DNA of 64,000 nucleotides. Source: an uncultured virus (IMG/VR IMGVR_UViG_3300010370_000031). Taxonomy: Duplodnaviria > Heunggongvirae > Uroviricota > Caudoviricetes. Shown here piece after piece: positions 27,662 to 37,695 of this stretch. Each line of letters starts with the position of its first letter. Positions within the stretch are counted from its first letter, which is position 1. Below the pieces are notes generated by a model. It was not told the DNA's origin and ran no database searches. It saw only the letters and a program-made list of their open reading frames with translations. The position numbers were made by a program, and so were the translations under genes. The stretch is from the IMG/VR virus record IMGVR_UViG_3300010370_000031; one strand, 5' to 3'.

Positions 27662-29386
27662 TTAGTCTGATGATTCTTCTGCGACGTATGAGAAATTTTT
27701 ATGTTTCTCAAACCTTAAGCAACGATCAAATTTGTCTGCAATATTGTCTCGATGGGAAATAACAAATACATTTGTCTTCTCATCAAAACTTCTGAGAATC
27801 CATCCTAGGTCACTGTTGCCAGATTGATCAAGTGACCCGTCAAAGATTTCATCAAGAATTAAGAGGTTAGTATCCACGCTATTCTTAAGCTTAGCAACAG
27901 AGCGCCAAGTAAGCAGCAGAGCGATATCAATCCTAGCCTTTTCTCCTTCGCTGAAAGATTCATAACTAAATTCATCTCGGTAACGTGATTTGATTACTTC
28001 TTCAAAACTCTCATTAAGCATGAAAGATGCAGAAAACTCCATCTTGTCAAGGTAGTCGTTGATAAGTTTATTCATCGTCGGGAGGTATTTTTTGATGATC
28101 CTCGTTTTGATCCCCGAGTCCTTGAGAAGTTGCGCCGCTGTGAGGAGGCAGTCTTTTTCTTCTTTTGTTTCAGAAATCGTTTCTTGGATTCGCTTCCCAT
28201 CTTCGCTGAGGGATTTAAGAATTGAAAACTGCTCCCGTTGATTGACATCTGAATCCCTGAGTTTTCTGATGTCGTCGTCCAGCTCCTCAATTCGTTTATG
28301 AAGTGACTTAATTTCATTATTGAGTTGTCTATTTTTTTGATTGAGTTCGTTAATTTCATCAATCAAAAGAATAAAGGTATTCTCTTTAGCTTGGAGGTCG
28401 GAAAGTTGTTGTCCCAAATCAGACATAGCTTTCTCCACCTCAGCAAGTTTATCCGAGAGAATCGAGACCTTCTCTTGTTTAAAATGCTCCTCAATCGATT
28501 GCCCACATGTCGGGCACGAATCATTTTGCTCAAAGAATATTTTTTCTTTATGATATGTTTTTTGTTTGGTTGATATTTTATTGCTGAGCGTATTGACCTT
28601 AGAGATTGTTGCTTTAAGCGTCTGCGTGTCTGAAACGGCAGCGGTCTTATCGTTGATTTCCTGGTCGTTATTGAGGATTTCCGATTCATAATTTAGTGCC
28701 TCTGTTAACAGAGTTTCTTTTTTATTTTCTTTCGCCTGAATGTCTTCTTTATTCTTCTTTTCAATGTCAAGCATAAACTGCTTCTGCATATCAATCTTCT
28801 CTTTGACAAGCGAGAGTTTATATTCGTGGTCTTTTAATTCGTCGTTAATGACTTTAATTTTTTCTTTCAAGTTGACATTCATTGTTGAGAAGATTTGAAT
28901 GTCAAGAATGTCTTCAATGATTTCTCTACGAGCTGCCAATGGAAGACGCATGAAGGGCACAAAGGTAGATGAACCTAGCACCACGATTTGAGTAAATGAT
29001 TTGTAATTCATTTTGAGAATCGTCTGCTCAAAATGTTTCTGCTGATCCACAGCACTTGACTGCTGATCATACATCACTCCGTTTTGATAAATCTCAAACT
29101 TTGCTGGTTTGATACCACGGATTACTTTGTATTTATTTCTACCAATATCAAAATTTAATTCTACGACACAATCAGATTGATTGATAGAGTTAATTAATTG
29201 TGGTTTATTAATCTTCCTGAAAGGTTTACCAAACAAAGTAAAGGTCAAAGCATCAAGAATAGTGCTCTTGCCTGCTCCGTTAGAGCCTACTATAATTGTG
29301 CTTTTTGTGTTGGTTAAATCTATTTCGGTAAATTGATTACCAGTGCTCAAAAAGTTTTTCCACTTAATTGTCTTAAAAATAATCAT
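27662..29386 (-). CDS. gp46: Recombination endonuclease ATPase subunit (gp46, Rad50/SbcC-like)
   Basis: GSNGAGKS, zinc hook CPTC, FSEGEK, LDEIFD. Confidence 0.95.
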   Translation of the reverse strand: MIIFKTIKWKNFLSTGNQFTEIDLTNTKSTIIVGSNGAGKSTILDALTFTLFGKPFRKINKPQLINSINQSDCVVELNFDIGRNKYKVIRGIKPAKFEIYQNGVMYDQQSSAVDQQKHFEQTILKMNYKSFTQIVVLGSSTFVPFMRLPLAARREIIEDILDIQIFSTMNVNLKEKIKVINDELKDHEYKLSLVKEKIDMQKQFMLDIEKKNKEDIQAKENKKETLLTEALNYESEILNNDQEINDKTAAVSDTQTLKATISKVNTLSNKISTKQKTYHKEKIFFEQNDSCPTCGQSIEEHFKQEKVSILSDKLAEVEKAMSDLGQQLSDLQAKENTFILLIDEINELNQKNRQLNNEIKSLHKRIEELDDDIRKLRDSDVNQREQFSILKSLSEDGKRIQETISETKEEKDCLLTAAQLLKDSGIKTRIIKKYLPTMNKLINDYLDKMEFSASFMLNESFEEVIKSRYRDEFSYESFSEGEKARIDIALLLTWRSVAKLKNSVDTNLLILDEIFDGSLDQSGNSDLGWILRSFDEKTNVFVISHRDNIADKFDRCLRFEKHKNFSYVAEESSD

Positions 29387-29652
29387 ATATCTTTTGGTGG
29401 CACTACAAAATCATCAGGAGTGACTACGGTGTAGCAGTAACCCTTATCTTCGCACACTTTTGCTGCGATGTCAAGGTCTATTTCGTAAATGTCTAACTCT
29501 GGTAATTCTTCTTCATCATCGTTTGCTTCTAACATGCCAAGATACCTTTCAGCATCATCCTCTTCTTCAAAGAAAAAGATTACATGCTCTCCTTCTTCAG
29601 AGATTACAGAATAGACTCCTTCTGGATGGTCTTTCAGGCAGATTAGAAACAT
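29383..29652 (-). CDS. Acidic hypothetical protein
   Basis: ORF between g47 and g46; FFEEEDDAERY. Confidence 0.7.
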   Translation of the reverse strand: MFLICLKDHPEGVYSVISEEGEHVIFFFEEEDDAERYLGMLEANDDEEELPELDIYEIDLDIAAKVCEDKGYCYTVVTPDDFVVPPKDI

Positions 29653-30702
29653 TCATACTACCTCACAGCTCTCAATATATAGGGACTTCATAACACTCTT
29701 CAGTTTATCTTTATTGACACTTAATTCAATCTCATCAATATATTCATTAAGAAGAGTAAGAGTATCTTTAACTTCCAAGTTATCTTCTACATCCTCAACG
29801 ACATCATTTACTAATGTCTCGATAATTTTTACATCGTGAGGTTGAGCAGCAAAGATACTATCAACATACTTTTCAAACTCCAAGTAATCTTTCTTATCAT
29901 CAACTATAATCTTGACAAAAGTATTTGTACACTGATCGGGAGTGACGCTGAGATGAGAACCAGTAGCGTCATTATAATAGATTTTCGTGAAAATCTCATA
30001 AGGGTTCTTGACCCGCTTGAGTTTATTCGTTTTCGGTTCATACAGATGAAATCCTCGCTCGTCTTTATAATCATTCCAAAACATCTGGTAAGGATTACCT
30101 AAGTAAGTAATATTACCCTTAGTAGATTTATGATGGAAATGACCAGAGAATACTTGTTTGAATTTTTTAAAGATACTGGCATCCATGCCATGCTCCATCT
30201 TCATACCAGGAGTAACTTCAAAACCATTTAACTCCAAGTGACCCATAGCAATCTCAGCACTAGTGCCATCAATATGCTTCATGGTATCTTCATAGTTTTG
30301 AGAGTTGATCCATGGCAGCATGAGAATCTTAGTGCCATCAATCATCACTGTCTCTGGACGAGAGTAAACTTCGATATTGCTGAAGTCTTTGAGCAGCAAA
30401 TCAGGTGAGTTAATCTCGTTAGTATTTTTATAGTAGGTGCAATGATTACCAAGAATCATATGCACGAAGATACCCATGTCTTCAAGGCGTTGAAAATAAT
30501 GTTGACGCACCCTGCTCCAAACATTAAAATCAATCCCCTTCCGATTATCAAACGTATCACCGAGGTCAATAACAGTTTTGATTCCATGTCTCTCCAATGT
30601 AGGAAAGAATACCTCGTCATAGAATCTTTTGAAGTATTCCCAGAATGCAACACTTCCTTTCCTCCCGTCTAAATGCTGGTCGGTAATCAATGCTACTGTC
30701 AT
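29653..30702 (-). CDS. gp47: Recombination endonuclease nuclease subunit (gp47, Mre11/SbcD-like)
   Basis: TDQH, LGDTFD, GNH, GHLE, SGHFH. Confidence 0.95.
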   Translation of the reverse strand: MTVALITDQHLDGRKGSVAFWEYFKRFYDEVFFPTLERHGIKTVIDLGDTFDNRKGIDFNVWSRVRQHYFQRLEDMGIFVHMILGNHCTYYKNTNEINSPDLLLKDFSNIEVYSRPETVMIDGTKILMLPWINSQNYEDTMKHIDGTSAEIAMGHLELNGFEVTPGMKMEHGMDASIFKKFKQVFSGHFHHKSTKGNITYLGNPYQMFWNDYKDERGFHLYEPKTNKLKRVKNPYEIFTKIYYNDATGSHLSVTPDQCTNTFVKIIVDDKKDYLEFEKYVDSIFAAQPHDVKIIETLVNDVVEDVEDNLEVKDTLTLLNEYIDEIELSVNKDKLKSVMKSLYIESCEVV

Positions 30703-31190
30703 CGTTTAGATCTCATCTCAAGGGTTTCTTTGATACTATTCATATCAGAATGACTACTATTGTAACCAGCCATATCACCAGTGTGACTGTCTGTATACAA
30801 TACTTCATCAAATCCTGACTTCTCTAAAATTTTAGCTTTAATTTCTAATTGCTTTTTCTCTTTAGAAATACGACGAAGAAAAGCAAAGTAAATAATCTGG
30901 GTAAAATAGGCAAAAGGATTGGTTGATTTACTCGGATCAAAGTTGTGAATATATTGTAAACAATTTTCAATACCATCACAAATCATATCTTCCCTAAACA
31001 TGTAGTTAACAAAGTTAGGTTTGTATGATAAGTGTGTGGCAATCTTTAGAAAACACTCGCCAATATAAGGTGGCACACGAGGTTTTGGTTTTCCCTCTTG
31101 CTCCGCCAAAGCAATTTCTTTGCGATAAACCATTAACGCATCAAGAAAATCTCTGTTATTGACGTAGTTTTCTGTTTTCCTTTTTGCCAT
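30699..31190 (-). CDS. gp55: Late-transcription sigma factor (gp55)
   Basis: YVNNRDF, FVNYMFREDMICDGIENC, NPFAYFTQI. Confidence 0.95.
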   Translation of the reverse strand: MAKRKTENYVNNRDFLDALMVYRKEIALAEQEGKPKPRVPPYIGECFLKIATHLSYKPNFVNYMFREDMICDGIENCLQYIHNFDPSKSTNPFAYFTQIIYFAFLRRISKEKKQLEIKAKILEKSGFDEVLYTDSHTGDMAGYNSSHSDMNSIKETLEMRSKR

Positions 31191-31212
31191 TTTAACCAAT
31201 TCCTTTGTGCGT

Positions 31213-31241
31213 ATTGTAACACAGAATTATAAAGTTGGCAA
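31213..31241 (-). promoter_or_regulatory. Sigma70-type promoter for g55
   Basis: TTGCCA-17 nt-TACAAT. Confidence 0.7.
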
Positions 31242-31246
31242 GGGGC

Positions 31247-31276
31247 TTGACAGACCCCCTGGAAACCGTGTATAAT
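31247..31276 (+). promoter_or_regulatory. Consensus sigma70 promoter in antisense orientation
   Basis: TTGACA-18 nt-TATAAT on the + strand with no sizeable + strand gene downstream. Confidence 0.7.
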
Positions 31277-31303
31277 TAGCGATGTCGCGCTTCAAAGATA
31301 TGT

Positions 31304-31696
31304 TTAGCTTCTATTAAATATATCTTCTAAAGATCTACGAGCTTCTTTAATTGATGATAAGTATCCTCGTTGATTTTTAATATCTACTTTTGTAGATGCA
31401 TCGATTCCATTTTCTTTTTGTAAAGACCTTTCATAAAATTTCTGAATTTTAGAATCAAGTTCAGTGATTGTTATGATGTGGTCTTTTTTTATAATAAACA
31501 TTTCATCATAAGTCGCTGCCATCCAAGTTTCAAAAGTAAAACCTTTGACGCCCGACTTGCCTCGTTTCATTTCTACAACATTAACTAAACGAGGGTTTTC
31601 AATAATCAACACGTCTTCATCCTGGTCGTAGGAAACCTTAGCAACAATTTCTTCACCAGACATTAATTTAATTGACGCATAAAATTCTTCTTCCAT
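31304..31696 (-). CDS. Conserved hypothetical protein (Sm-like pattern)
   Basis: FYASIKLMSGEEIVAKV...IIENP; lies between uvsW and g55. Confidence 0.75.
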   Translation of the reverse strand: MEEEFYASIKLMSGEEIVAKVSYDQDEDVLIIENPRLVNVVEMKRGKSGVKGFTFETWMAATYDEMFIIKKDHIITITELDSKIQKFYERSLQKENGIDASTKVDIKNQRGYLSSIKEARRSLEDIFNRS

Positions 31697-31698
31697 AA

Positions 31699-33162
31699 TT
31701 ATCCTATGTTAATTTTTATAATTTCATATCTAAAATTTTCTTCTTGATAAATATTGATTCTCTCTTCTAAATGTTTAAGAGTATAATTTTTGTGAGGTTT
31801 CTCAGCAATCTCATCAGCAATATCATATAGTGTTGCTAATTCTTTACCTTCACCTTTACGCAATACTCTACCGATAGATTGTAAATTTCTTACTCTAGAT
31901 TTAGATGGAGATGCAAACACAACATTGTGTAGATTTCTAATGTTGATGCCAGTGCTGAATGTACCGTAAGAAGCAATGATAACAGCATCAGTTTCTTTTT
32001 CCGTTATGCTTCTGATTTCTTCGCGCTCTTCAGTATCCACTCCACCATACACAAAGAAAACTTTTCTTTCTTTGCCTATAGTGTTATTTATGTTTTCATA
32101 AAGAGGCAGTCCATGCTTATCGACGTAATTAAATAAAACTAGAGTATTTCCTTTTAAATCTTTTACAAGATTTTTAATAAAATTATTTCTTCTTTTATGT
32201 GCAACTAGATAATCAATTTCTTCTTGATACGAGAAAAATGTTTGAGGTTCGTGTTTGAGTAAAAGAATTTTAATTTGAAACTCTGCTAAGTGTCCTTCTT
32301 TAATAAGTTTATCTGTTTTAGTTACTTGAGCACATGGACCAAACAATCCTTCAAGCACCCACTTGTGTGTAGCAGATCCGTCAAGTGTGCCAGTAAAACC
32401 AAAACGATACTTAGCTTGATGTAACTTAGTCATGATGCCAGTTAAAGACTTTGATTTAAACTGGTGTGCTTCGTCACCAATTACACATTCAAAGTCATCA
32501 AAGTATCTTTTAGGAAACTTGTAAATAGATTGCCATGTAGAGATAACAACTTCTTTGTCAGTATTCTTATCTTTACCGCCATATACTTTATGGCAGTGCT
32601 CTTCTACATCCCATCCGTAATCTGCAAAGTCAGAATACATTTGCTCTACAAGAGATGTGGTGGGTACAATAATAAGAATACGTTTGTGATTAGCAACGTA
32701 ATAACGCACAAGAGAATAAATCATCAGAGACTTACCTGATGCTGTGGGAGACAGCAAAAGTTTTCTGTGATTTTTTAATGCTTCATAAACTGCTTTATAT
32801 TGATAATCTCTTGGTTTGTGTTTGACACAAATTTTATTCATAAAATATTTGACACCTTCTAAAGATATCAAAGGATCTTTATCATCTACGTGACCATAAA
32901 ATTTGTTGTCTTCAAAAGACAACTGGTAGTTTTTAAAAGATGCCCATTCTCTCAAATGGTCAGTGAGACCACAATACAATTCTCCTGTGCCAGGTGAATA
33001 CAAACGAATTTTTCCATCCCACATCTTGTTGCGATAGAGTGGCATAAATTTAGCGTTGGGAACATCAAACGTAAAATAGTCTGACAACTCCATATGTATT
33101 CCTGGATCAGCAGTTATCTGTAGGAATACTTCATTCTTTTTCTTTACTACCAATTTACTCAT
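31699..33162 (-). CDS. uvsW: SF2 helicase UvsW
   Basis: PRDYQ, SPTASGKS, GDEAH, TGT, QSIGRVLR. Confidence 0.95.
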   Translation of the reverse strand: MSKLVVKKKNEVFLQITADPGIHMELSDYFTFDVPNAKFMPLYRNKMWDGKIRLYSPGTGELYCGLTDHLREWASFKNYQLSFEDNKFYGHVDDKDPLISLEGVKYFMNKICVKHKPRDYQYKAVYEALKNHRKLLLSPTASGKSLMIYSLVRYYVANHKRILIIVPTTSLVEQMYSDFADYGWDVEEHCHKVYGGKDKNTDKEVVISTWQSIYKFPKRYFDDFECVIGDEAHQFKSKSLTGIMTKLHQAKYRFGFTGTLDGSATHKWVLEGLFGPCAQVTKTDKLIKEGHLAEFQIKILLLKHEPQTFFSYQEEIDYLVAHKRRNNFIKNLVKDLKGNTLVLFNYVDKHGLPLYENINNTIGKERKVFFVYGGVDTEEREEIRSITEKETDAVIIASYGTFSTGINIRNLHNVVFASPSKSRVRNLQSIGRVLRKGEGKELATLYDIADEIAEKPHKNYTLKHLEERINIYQEENFRYEIIKINIG

Positions 33163-33638
33163 TAGTTGCTACCGTTAATAAATTTCTCCCACTCGATAGC
33201 GTTTTTAATTTGGAAACTTCTGTTGGATATCATTTTAAGAATATTATCCAAAAAGTAGAGTGCCTTATTAATAAACTCTATTTTCATCTCAATGTTCATC
33301 AAATCCTCATCCGCCTCTAGATATACTTTCATCTTCTCGGATGTTTTAATGGATTGCCCAAAAGGTTTTTCCTTATAAACTTCGGGGTCTGCTTCTCCCT
33401 GGTAATATTCTCTTTTTTCTTTTAACTTCATACGATACTGGAATTCCAGTGCTGTCTTCTCTGTTGAGAAATCGTTGTAGAAGTTTAAGTATTTATTGTG
33501 CTGGTAAGGAATGTCTAGCGAGATTTGTGCTAGGTCTGCTGAGTATTGTTTGTTTTTGAATTGGAAGTCGATGTGTGAATCTTCTTGCCATTCTGATTTA
33601 ACATGATTAAAAAGCGTTTTCAAGTCATCAAATTTCAT
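33162..33638 (-). CDS. uvsY: Recombination mediator UvsY
   Basis: HNKYL, YLEADED, NRSFQIKNAIEWEKF. Confidence 0.9.
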   Translation of the reverse strand: MKFDDLKTLFNHVKSEWQEDSHIDFQFKNKQYSADLAQISLDIPYQHNKYLNFYNDFSTEKTALEFQYRMKLKEKREYYQGEADPEVYKEKPFGQSIKTSEKMKVYLEADEDLMNIEMKIEFINKALYFLDNILKMISNRSFQIKNAIEWEKFINGSN

Positions 33639-34150
33639 AATTTTTTATTTCTCTTATCTCGTAATTCAAAACTTGTATATTTAAATGTTACATCAGCTGT
33701 GAAATATTCTACATCTGTGTCAGCAACATCGAATCTTACATCCGATAATGATACTGGAAAAAGATTTTCAAAAGATACATATGCTGCAATTTTATTATTA
33801 CTATTTGTAATTTCTAGTCTTCCGCCAGAATATTTTGCTTCTGTCTTACTGTGTCCGTCATACAATCCAAATTCTTTTATCCAATTTTGAATTGTCATAA
33901 AATTTTTTAAATCTTCATCAATAATAAAAGTGATATTTAAATCTCCAGTTTCGATTCCACCAGCAGCAGCAATAGGAATACTTCTAAATCTGGTTGGTAC
34001 TTCAATAGCACCTAATGAAATATCTGGGATATTTGCACGCTGACAAAAGAAATCTACTCCTGGAAATAAATCCAAGTCCATTTTAAATCCTGTGGGAGCA
34101 AGAAAGTTTCTATTCTTTGGTTGCTCCGAATACCACTTAGACTGTGCCAT
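33635..34150 (-). CDS. gp3: Tail tube terminator / completion protein (gp3)
   Basis: NRNFLAPTGF, FFCQRANIP, FIIDEDLKN, FPVSLS; position after g23. Confidence 0.85.
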   Translation of the reverse strand: MAQSKWYSEQPKNRNFLAPTGFKMDLDLFPGVDFFCQRANIPDISLGAIEVPTRFRSIPIAAAGGIETGDLNITFIIDEDLKNFMTIQNWIKEFGLYDGHSKTEAKYSGGRLEITNSNNKIAAYVSFENLFPVSLSDVRFDVADTDVEYFTADVTFKYTSFELRDKRNKKL

Positions 34151-34176
34151 AGTGTTTTATTTTTATTTAGGTGCAT

Positions 34177-34202
34177 AAAAAAAGACCCCCTTTCGGGGGT
34201 CT
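34177..34202 (-). terminator. Intrinsic terminator after g23
   Basis: AGACCCCC-GAAA-GGGGGTCT-TTTTTT; CTAAATA follows at 34164-34170. Confidence 0.9.
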
Positions 34203-34221
34203 CTACAACTATCAAACTGAA

Positions 34222-35613
34222 TCAGTTGATGTTGGTGATTTGTACTCTTCTGTAGTACTGGTTGCTGTTGGCATTCATTGCCTCGCCTGCAGGTGCTGAA
34301 CCATACTGACCATCGGTGGTAACGAATGGGTTAGCGACCATGCCGTAGCGAGTCTTGAATCCAATCTTAGGCTGGAAGGTGTCCTGACCAATGCTACGAA
34401 CCATCTGGAGAGGAACGTATGGGCAGTAGAATAGACCAGCATCATAAGGTGAGGTGCCCTTATAACCCATGACATAGTAGTGCTTAGAAGCAGTTGACTG
34501 GGTGTAGGAAGGACCGCCGAATGGATCGATGTAGACCTTAACGCGACCGTTGAGGGTGCCAGCGAATACGTTACCAGTGTCATCAACATTCATTGAAGTG
34601 CTGAGAGCAGGAGCGTAATCGAGAGCGCCAGTTAGGTTGAGAGCTGAAGCAACGTCTGCAGAGCAGATGATGAAGTTGCCCTTTCCTCTACGTGTTTCCT
34701 GAGCGATAGCATTAGCGTCGCGGTCAATCTGGAATAGAAGACCCTTAAACTTCTCAGCCATCCAACGACCGTTGGAGTCAACATCGAGGTCAAAGATACC
34801 AGGAGTTGCAACGTTATGCTGAGCGCCTTTCTTAGCAACGAAATAAACTGTGCGGATGATTTCGCGGTTGATCTCGGCAAGAATCTCTGAGGAGAGAATG
34901 TTGGCAAGCTCTTGCTCAGCGTCAAGACCATGGATTGCCTTAAGGTCTTGTGCAAGCTCGAGAGTGTATTCAGCCTTGAGAGCGCGTGACTTGGCGGTAA
35001 CCGAAGTCTTCTCGATGCTGAATGCCATCTCACGGAAGAGATAACCAGATTCACCGAGTTGCTCAGACTGAGCACGGGTCATCTTGCTACCGAGCTCATA
35101 GGTGCCAGGAGTTGCATCGTTGAGAACTGCAGGGTTGTTGCCCTCCATGTCTCCACCTGAACCAGCCTGGTTACGGACGTTGTAAGCACCCTGAGTGGCA
35201 TCGTAACCACCAGAGAAACCTGCATCAGGCTCGTTGTATAGCGCCTCTTCGCCGCCCTGATTCTCATACTTAGCCTTCATGGCGAAGATAAGACCAGTAG
35301 GACCGCTCATTGGTTGAACGCCACAGATGTCGTAAGCAACGAGGTTAGGCATTGCACGACGAATTAGGCTGATGAGCACAGGATCAAAACCTGCGATAGC
35401 GCCAGTATTGGCAGCAGCACCAGTCATATTAGATGCGCCAGCATAGTTAACGGCAACCTCATTGAGGACACCGCGCTCTTCGCGCATAAATCTTTCTTGG
35501 TTTTCTAGTAGGACAGCGGTAACAGCCTTTCTGTGAGCATCGGAAATTTCAGAAACTCCCGAGTGATTGAGAACGGGTGCCCACTTTTCCTGTAACATTT
35601 CTGCGTTAAACAT
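34222..35613 (-). CDS. gp23: Major capsid protein (gp23)
   Basis: DPVLISLIRR, GVQPMSGPTGLIFA, KSRALKAEYT, FQPKIGFKTRYG. Confidence 0.98.
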   Translation of the reverse strand: MFNAEMLQEKWAPVLNHSGVSEISDAHRKAVTAVLLENQERFMREERGVLNEVAVNYAGASNMTGAAANTGAIAGFDPVLISLIRRAMPNLVAYDICGVQPMSGPTGLIFAMKAKYENQGGEEALYNEPDAGFSGGYDATQGAYNVRNQAGSGGDMEGNNPAVLNDATPGTYELGSKMTRAQSEQLGESGYLFREMAFSIEKTSVTAKSRALKAEYTLELAQDLKAIHGLDAEQELANILSSEILAEINREIIRTVYFVAKKGAQHNVATPGIFDLDVDSNGRWMAEKFKGLLFQIDRDANAIAQETRRGKGNFIICSADVASALNLTGALDYAPALSTSMNVDDTGNVFAGTLNGRVKVYIDPFGGPSYTQSTASKHYYVMGYKGTSPYDAGLFYCPYVPLQMVRSIGQDTFQPKIGFKTRYGMVANPFVTTDGQYGSAPAGEAMNANSNQYYRRVQITNIN

Positions 35614-35653
35614 TTTTAACTCCGTTTGGATGTTTGGAAAAAATTGGGTGGAT

Positions 35654-35661
35654 TATTTATA
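35654..35661 (-). promoter_or_regulatory. T4-type late promoter upstream of g23
   Basis: TATAAATA about 40 nt before the g23 start. Confidence 0.8.
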
Positions 35662-36792
35662 TCAAGACCAGCGAGCAATTGCTGCCATATAGGCTTGCAT
35701 TGCAGGTGTGAGCTCTTGTCCCTCACCTTCAACTGGTGTTTCATCAACTGACTCCTTGATAGCAGTCTTAGGGAAATATGATTCCTTAAGGGTAGCAAGC
35801 TTCTCGCGGAAGTTCTCTTCCGAAACAAACTCAACACCTTCTGCTAAAGCAGCAAGCTTTTCTTTCTGGGTATCAGCGAGACCTTCAGAAATTTGATTTA
35901 GGATTACGGTCTTGTTGAAACCAGCAAGACGATTATTTAATTCAATGTTGCGCTCAATCTGTTCGTTTAGGCGCTCTTCCATTTCACAAAGCTCTTGATT
36001 CATTCCTTCAACAACATTTACTTTGTCATCAGGAATTTCAAGATAGTTTTCTTCAAAGACTGTCTTGAGACCCTTCATGAAGTTTTCAGCGATTTCAAGT
36101 TTGAGACCTGAATCGATGGCAACTACATTCTCTTCTAGCCAATTCTGAATGGCATAGTTGAGTGTCTCATCTACCTTTTCAGCAAGTGAAGTCTTAATTG
36201 CTTCCACTTCTTCTGCTAGTTTGGTAGTGTATTGCGCTTGAATGAAGGAAACTTGCTCGTTGATTTTTGCTCTAACAGCAGCTTCAAAGATAGTCTTTGC
36301 TTTCTCTTTGAAAGTATCAGTGATTGTTTCTCCTTCTACAAGAGCCTCGATGTCCTCATCTGAGGAATAGTCGATTTCTTCCATACCAAATACCTTAGTG
36401 TTGTTTGGACCACCAGGAATTTGATAACCAGATGACTTAACAACAGGTGCTGGATCTTGATGGTTGTCGCGAACTACGTGACCATCAGCAACCTTTTTGT
36501 TATGTGATGCTGCTTTTGCACCAGGGTTGTCTTCACCCTCTGGTTTTTCAAAAGTAGAACCACCGTCATCTTCTGTTGACTGACCAGGGACAACCGAAGT
36601 TGGCACTGTAGGCATTGGATCTCTCCCACCCGCTGCGTTTGCATTTACGGCTGTGTGTGTCTGACCTGCTACTGGCTTCATGTAACCGCTAGCAACTGGA
36701 CTCCCAGGCACAACGGAGCTTCCGACCGATGGCATAGGATCACCATTTTCAGCAATAAATTCTTCAAACTTTTCGTTTAACATATCTGACAT
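35662..36792 (-). CDS. gp22: Prohead core scaffold protein (gp22)
   Basis: FKEKAKTIFEAAV, WLEEN, TLKESYF; between g21 and g23. Confidence 0.9.
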   Translation of the reverse strand: MSDMLNEKFEEFIAENGDPMPSVGSSVVPGSPVASGYMKPVAGQTHTAVNANAAGGRDPMPTVPTSVVPGQSTEDDGGSTFEKPEGEDNPGAKAASHNKKVADGHVVRDNHQDPAPVVKSSGYQIPGGPNNTKVFGMEEIDYSSDEDIEALVEGETITDTFKEKAKTIFEAAVRAKINEQVSFIQAQYTTKLAEEVEAIKTSLAEKVDETLNYAIQNWLEENVVAIDSGLKLEIAENFMKGLKTVFEENYLEIPDDKVNVVEGMNQELCEMEERLNEQIERNIELNNRLAGFNKTVILNQISEGLADTQKEKLAALAEGVEFVSEENFREKLATLKESYFPKTAIKESVDETPVEGEGQELTPAMQAYMAAIARWS

Positions 36793-36844
36793 CTTTGGTT
36801 TCCCCTGTACAGTTATACATTTATTCTATGATTATTTATTAATT

Positions 36845-37489
36845 TTATAAATTAAACAAGAAGTCCTCAAAGACCTTGAGGGATCTCTCTTCAATATTTT
36901 TGCGAGTTGCCTCGGAAATATATCTTTGGTATTTAGCAACTTTTGATTCTTTAAGAATTCCGTTGTCCCATACCCACTCCTTTCCTTCCATAATTCCGTT
37001 AACAAATGCGTCAGGTGCGGAAGGATCTGCAACGATATCTGCAGCGGTAGCGAGCATGAAATCATCACGCACGTAGTTGGCACCATTCTTCTCTTCAATT
37101 GACCCCATGCCTCTTGAAGACACACCAAGTTTTACGCCAGACTCTAAAAGAGACTTAGCGATGTTACCCATTGGTGTAGATAGAATTTGTGCCTTGCCAA
37201 TAAAATTGCTACCCTCTGCACGGAGAGAAACAATCTTATGTGAAACCCTATCAAGGTTTACGGTTGGTCCATCGGGATGACCTAGCTCACCGAGAGCACG
37301 ACCAGCAGAAACATAACTTTCGTTGTATCTTCCAACTTCACGCTCTAATACGCTGAATGGATATACGCGACCGTTACGATTTTTAATATCTCCTTGGAGG
37401 AATACTCCTTCAATGTAGAGATTTTTTTTACCGTTAGATTCTTCAACGAGAACTTGTACGTCCTCGATACTCTCGGTGATTAGTTTCAT
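36845..37489 (-). CDS. gp21: Prohead protease (gp21)
   Basis: NRNGRVY, GELGHP, GVSSRGMGS, DIVADPSAPDA. Confidence 0.95.
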   Translation of the reverse strand: MKLITESIEDVQVLVEESNGKKNLYIEGVFLQGDIKNRNGRVYPFSVLEREVGRYNESYVSAGRALGELGHPDGPTVNLDRVSHKIVSLRAEGSNFIGKAQILSTPMGNIAKSLLESGVKLGVSSRGMGSIEEKNGANYVRDDFMLATAADIVADPSAPDAFVNGIMEGKEWVWDNGILKESKVAKYQRYISEATRKNIEERSLKVFEDFLFNL

Positions 37490-37668
37490 TCTTCTGTACC
37501 TTCTTCTGGAGTTTCTTCTTCTTGTGAAGCAAAGAAAGATTTTGCTAGGATTTCTTTATATGACTTCATATTCTCTGCTGCTTTAGCATACAGATGGTCA
37601 TTAATTTTATCCATAGCATCAATCTTATTGCCATCAGCAATGGCATTAATAATGTCAATAGTGTCCAT
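37486..37668 (-). CDS. Small acidic prohead-core-like protein
   Basis: Position between g20 and g21 (g67/g68 slot), acidic tail, ATAAATA upstream. Confidence 0.6.
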   Translation of the reverse strand: MDTIDIINAIADGNKIDAMDKINDHLYAKAAENMKSYKEILAKSFFASQEEETPEEGTEE

Positions 37669-37695
37669 ATAATTTAACCGTTTAATAATTATTTA

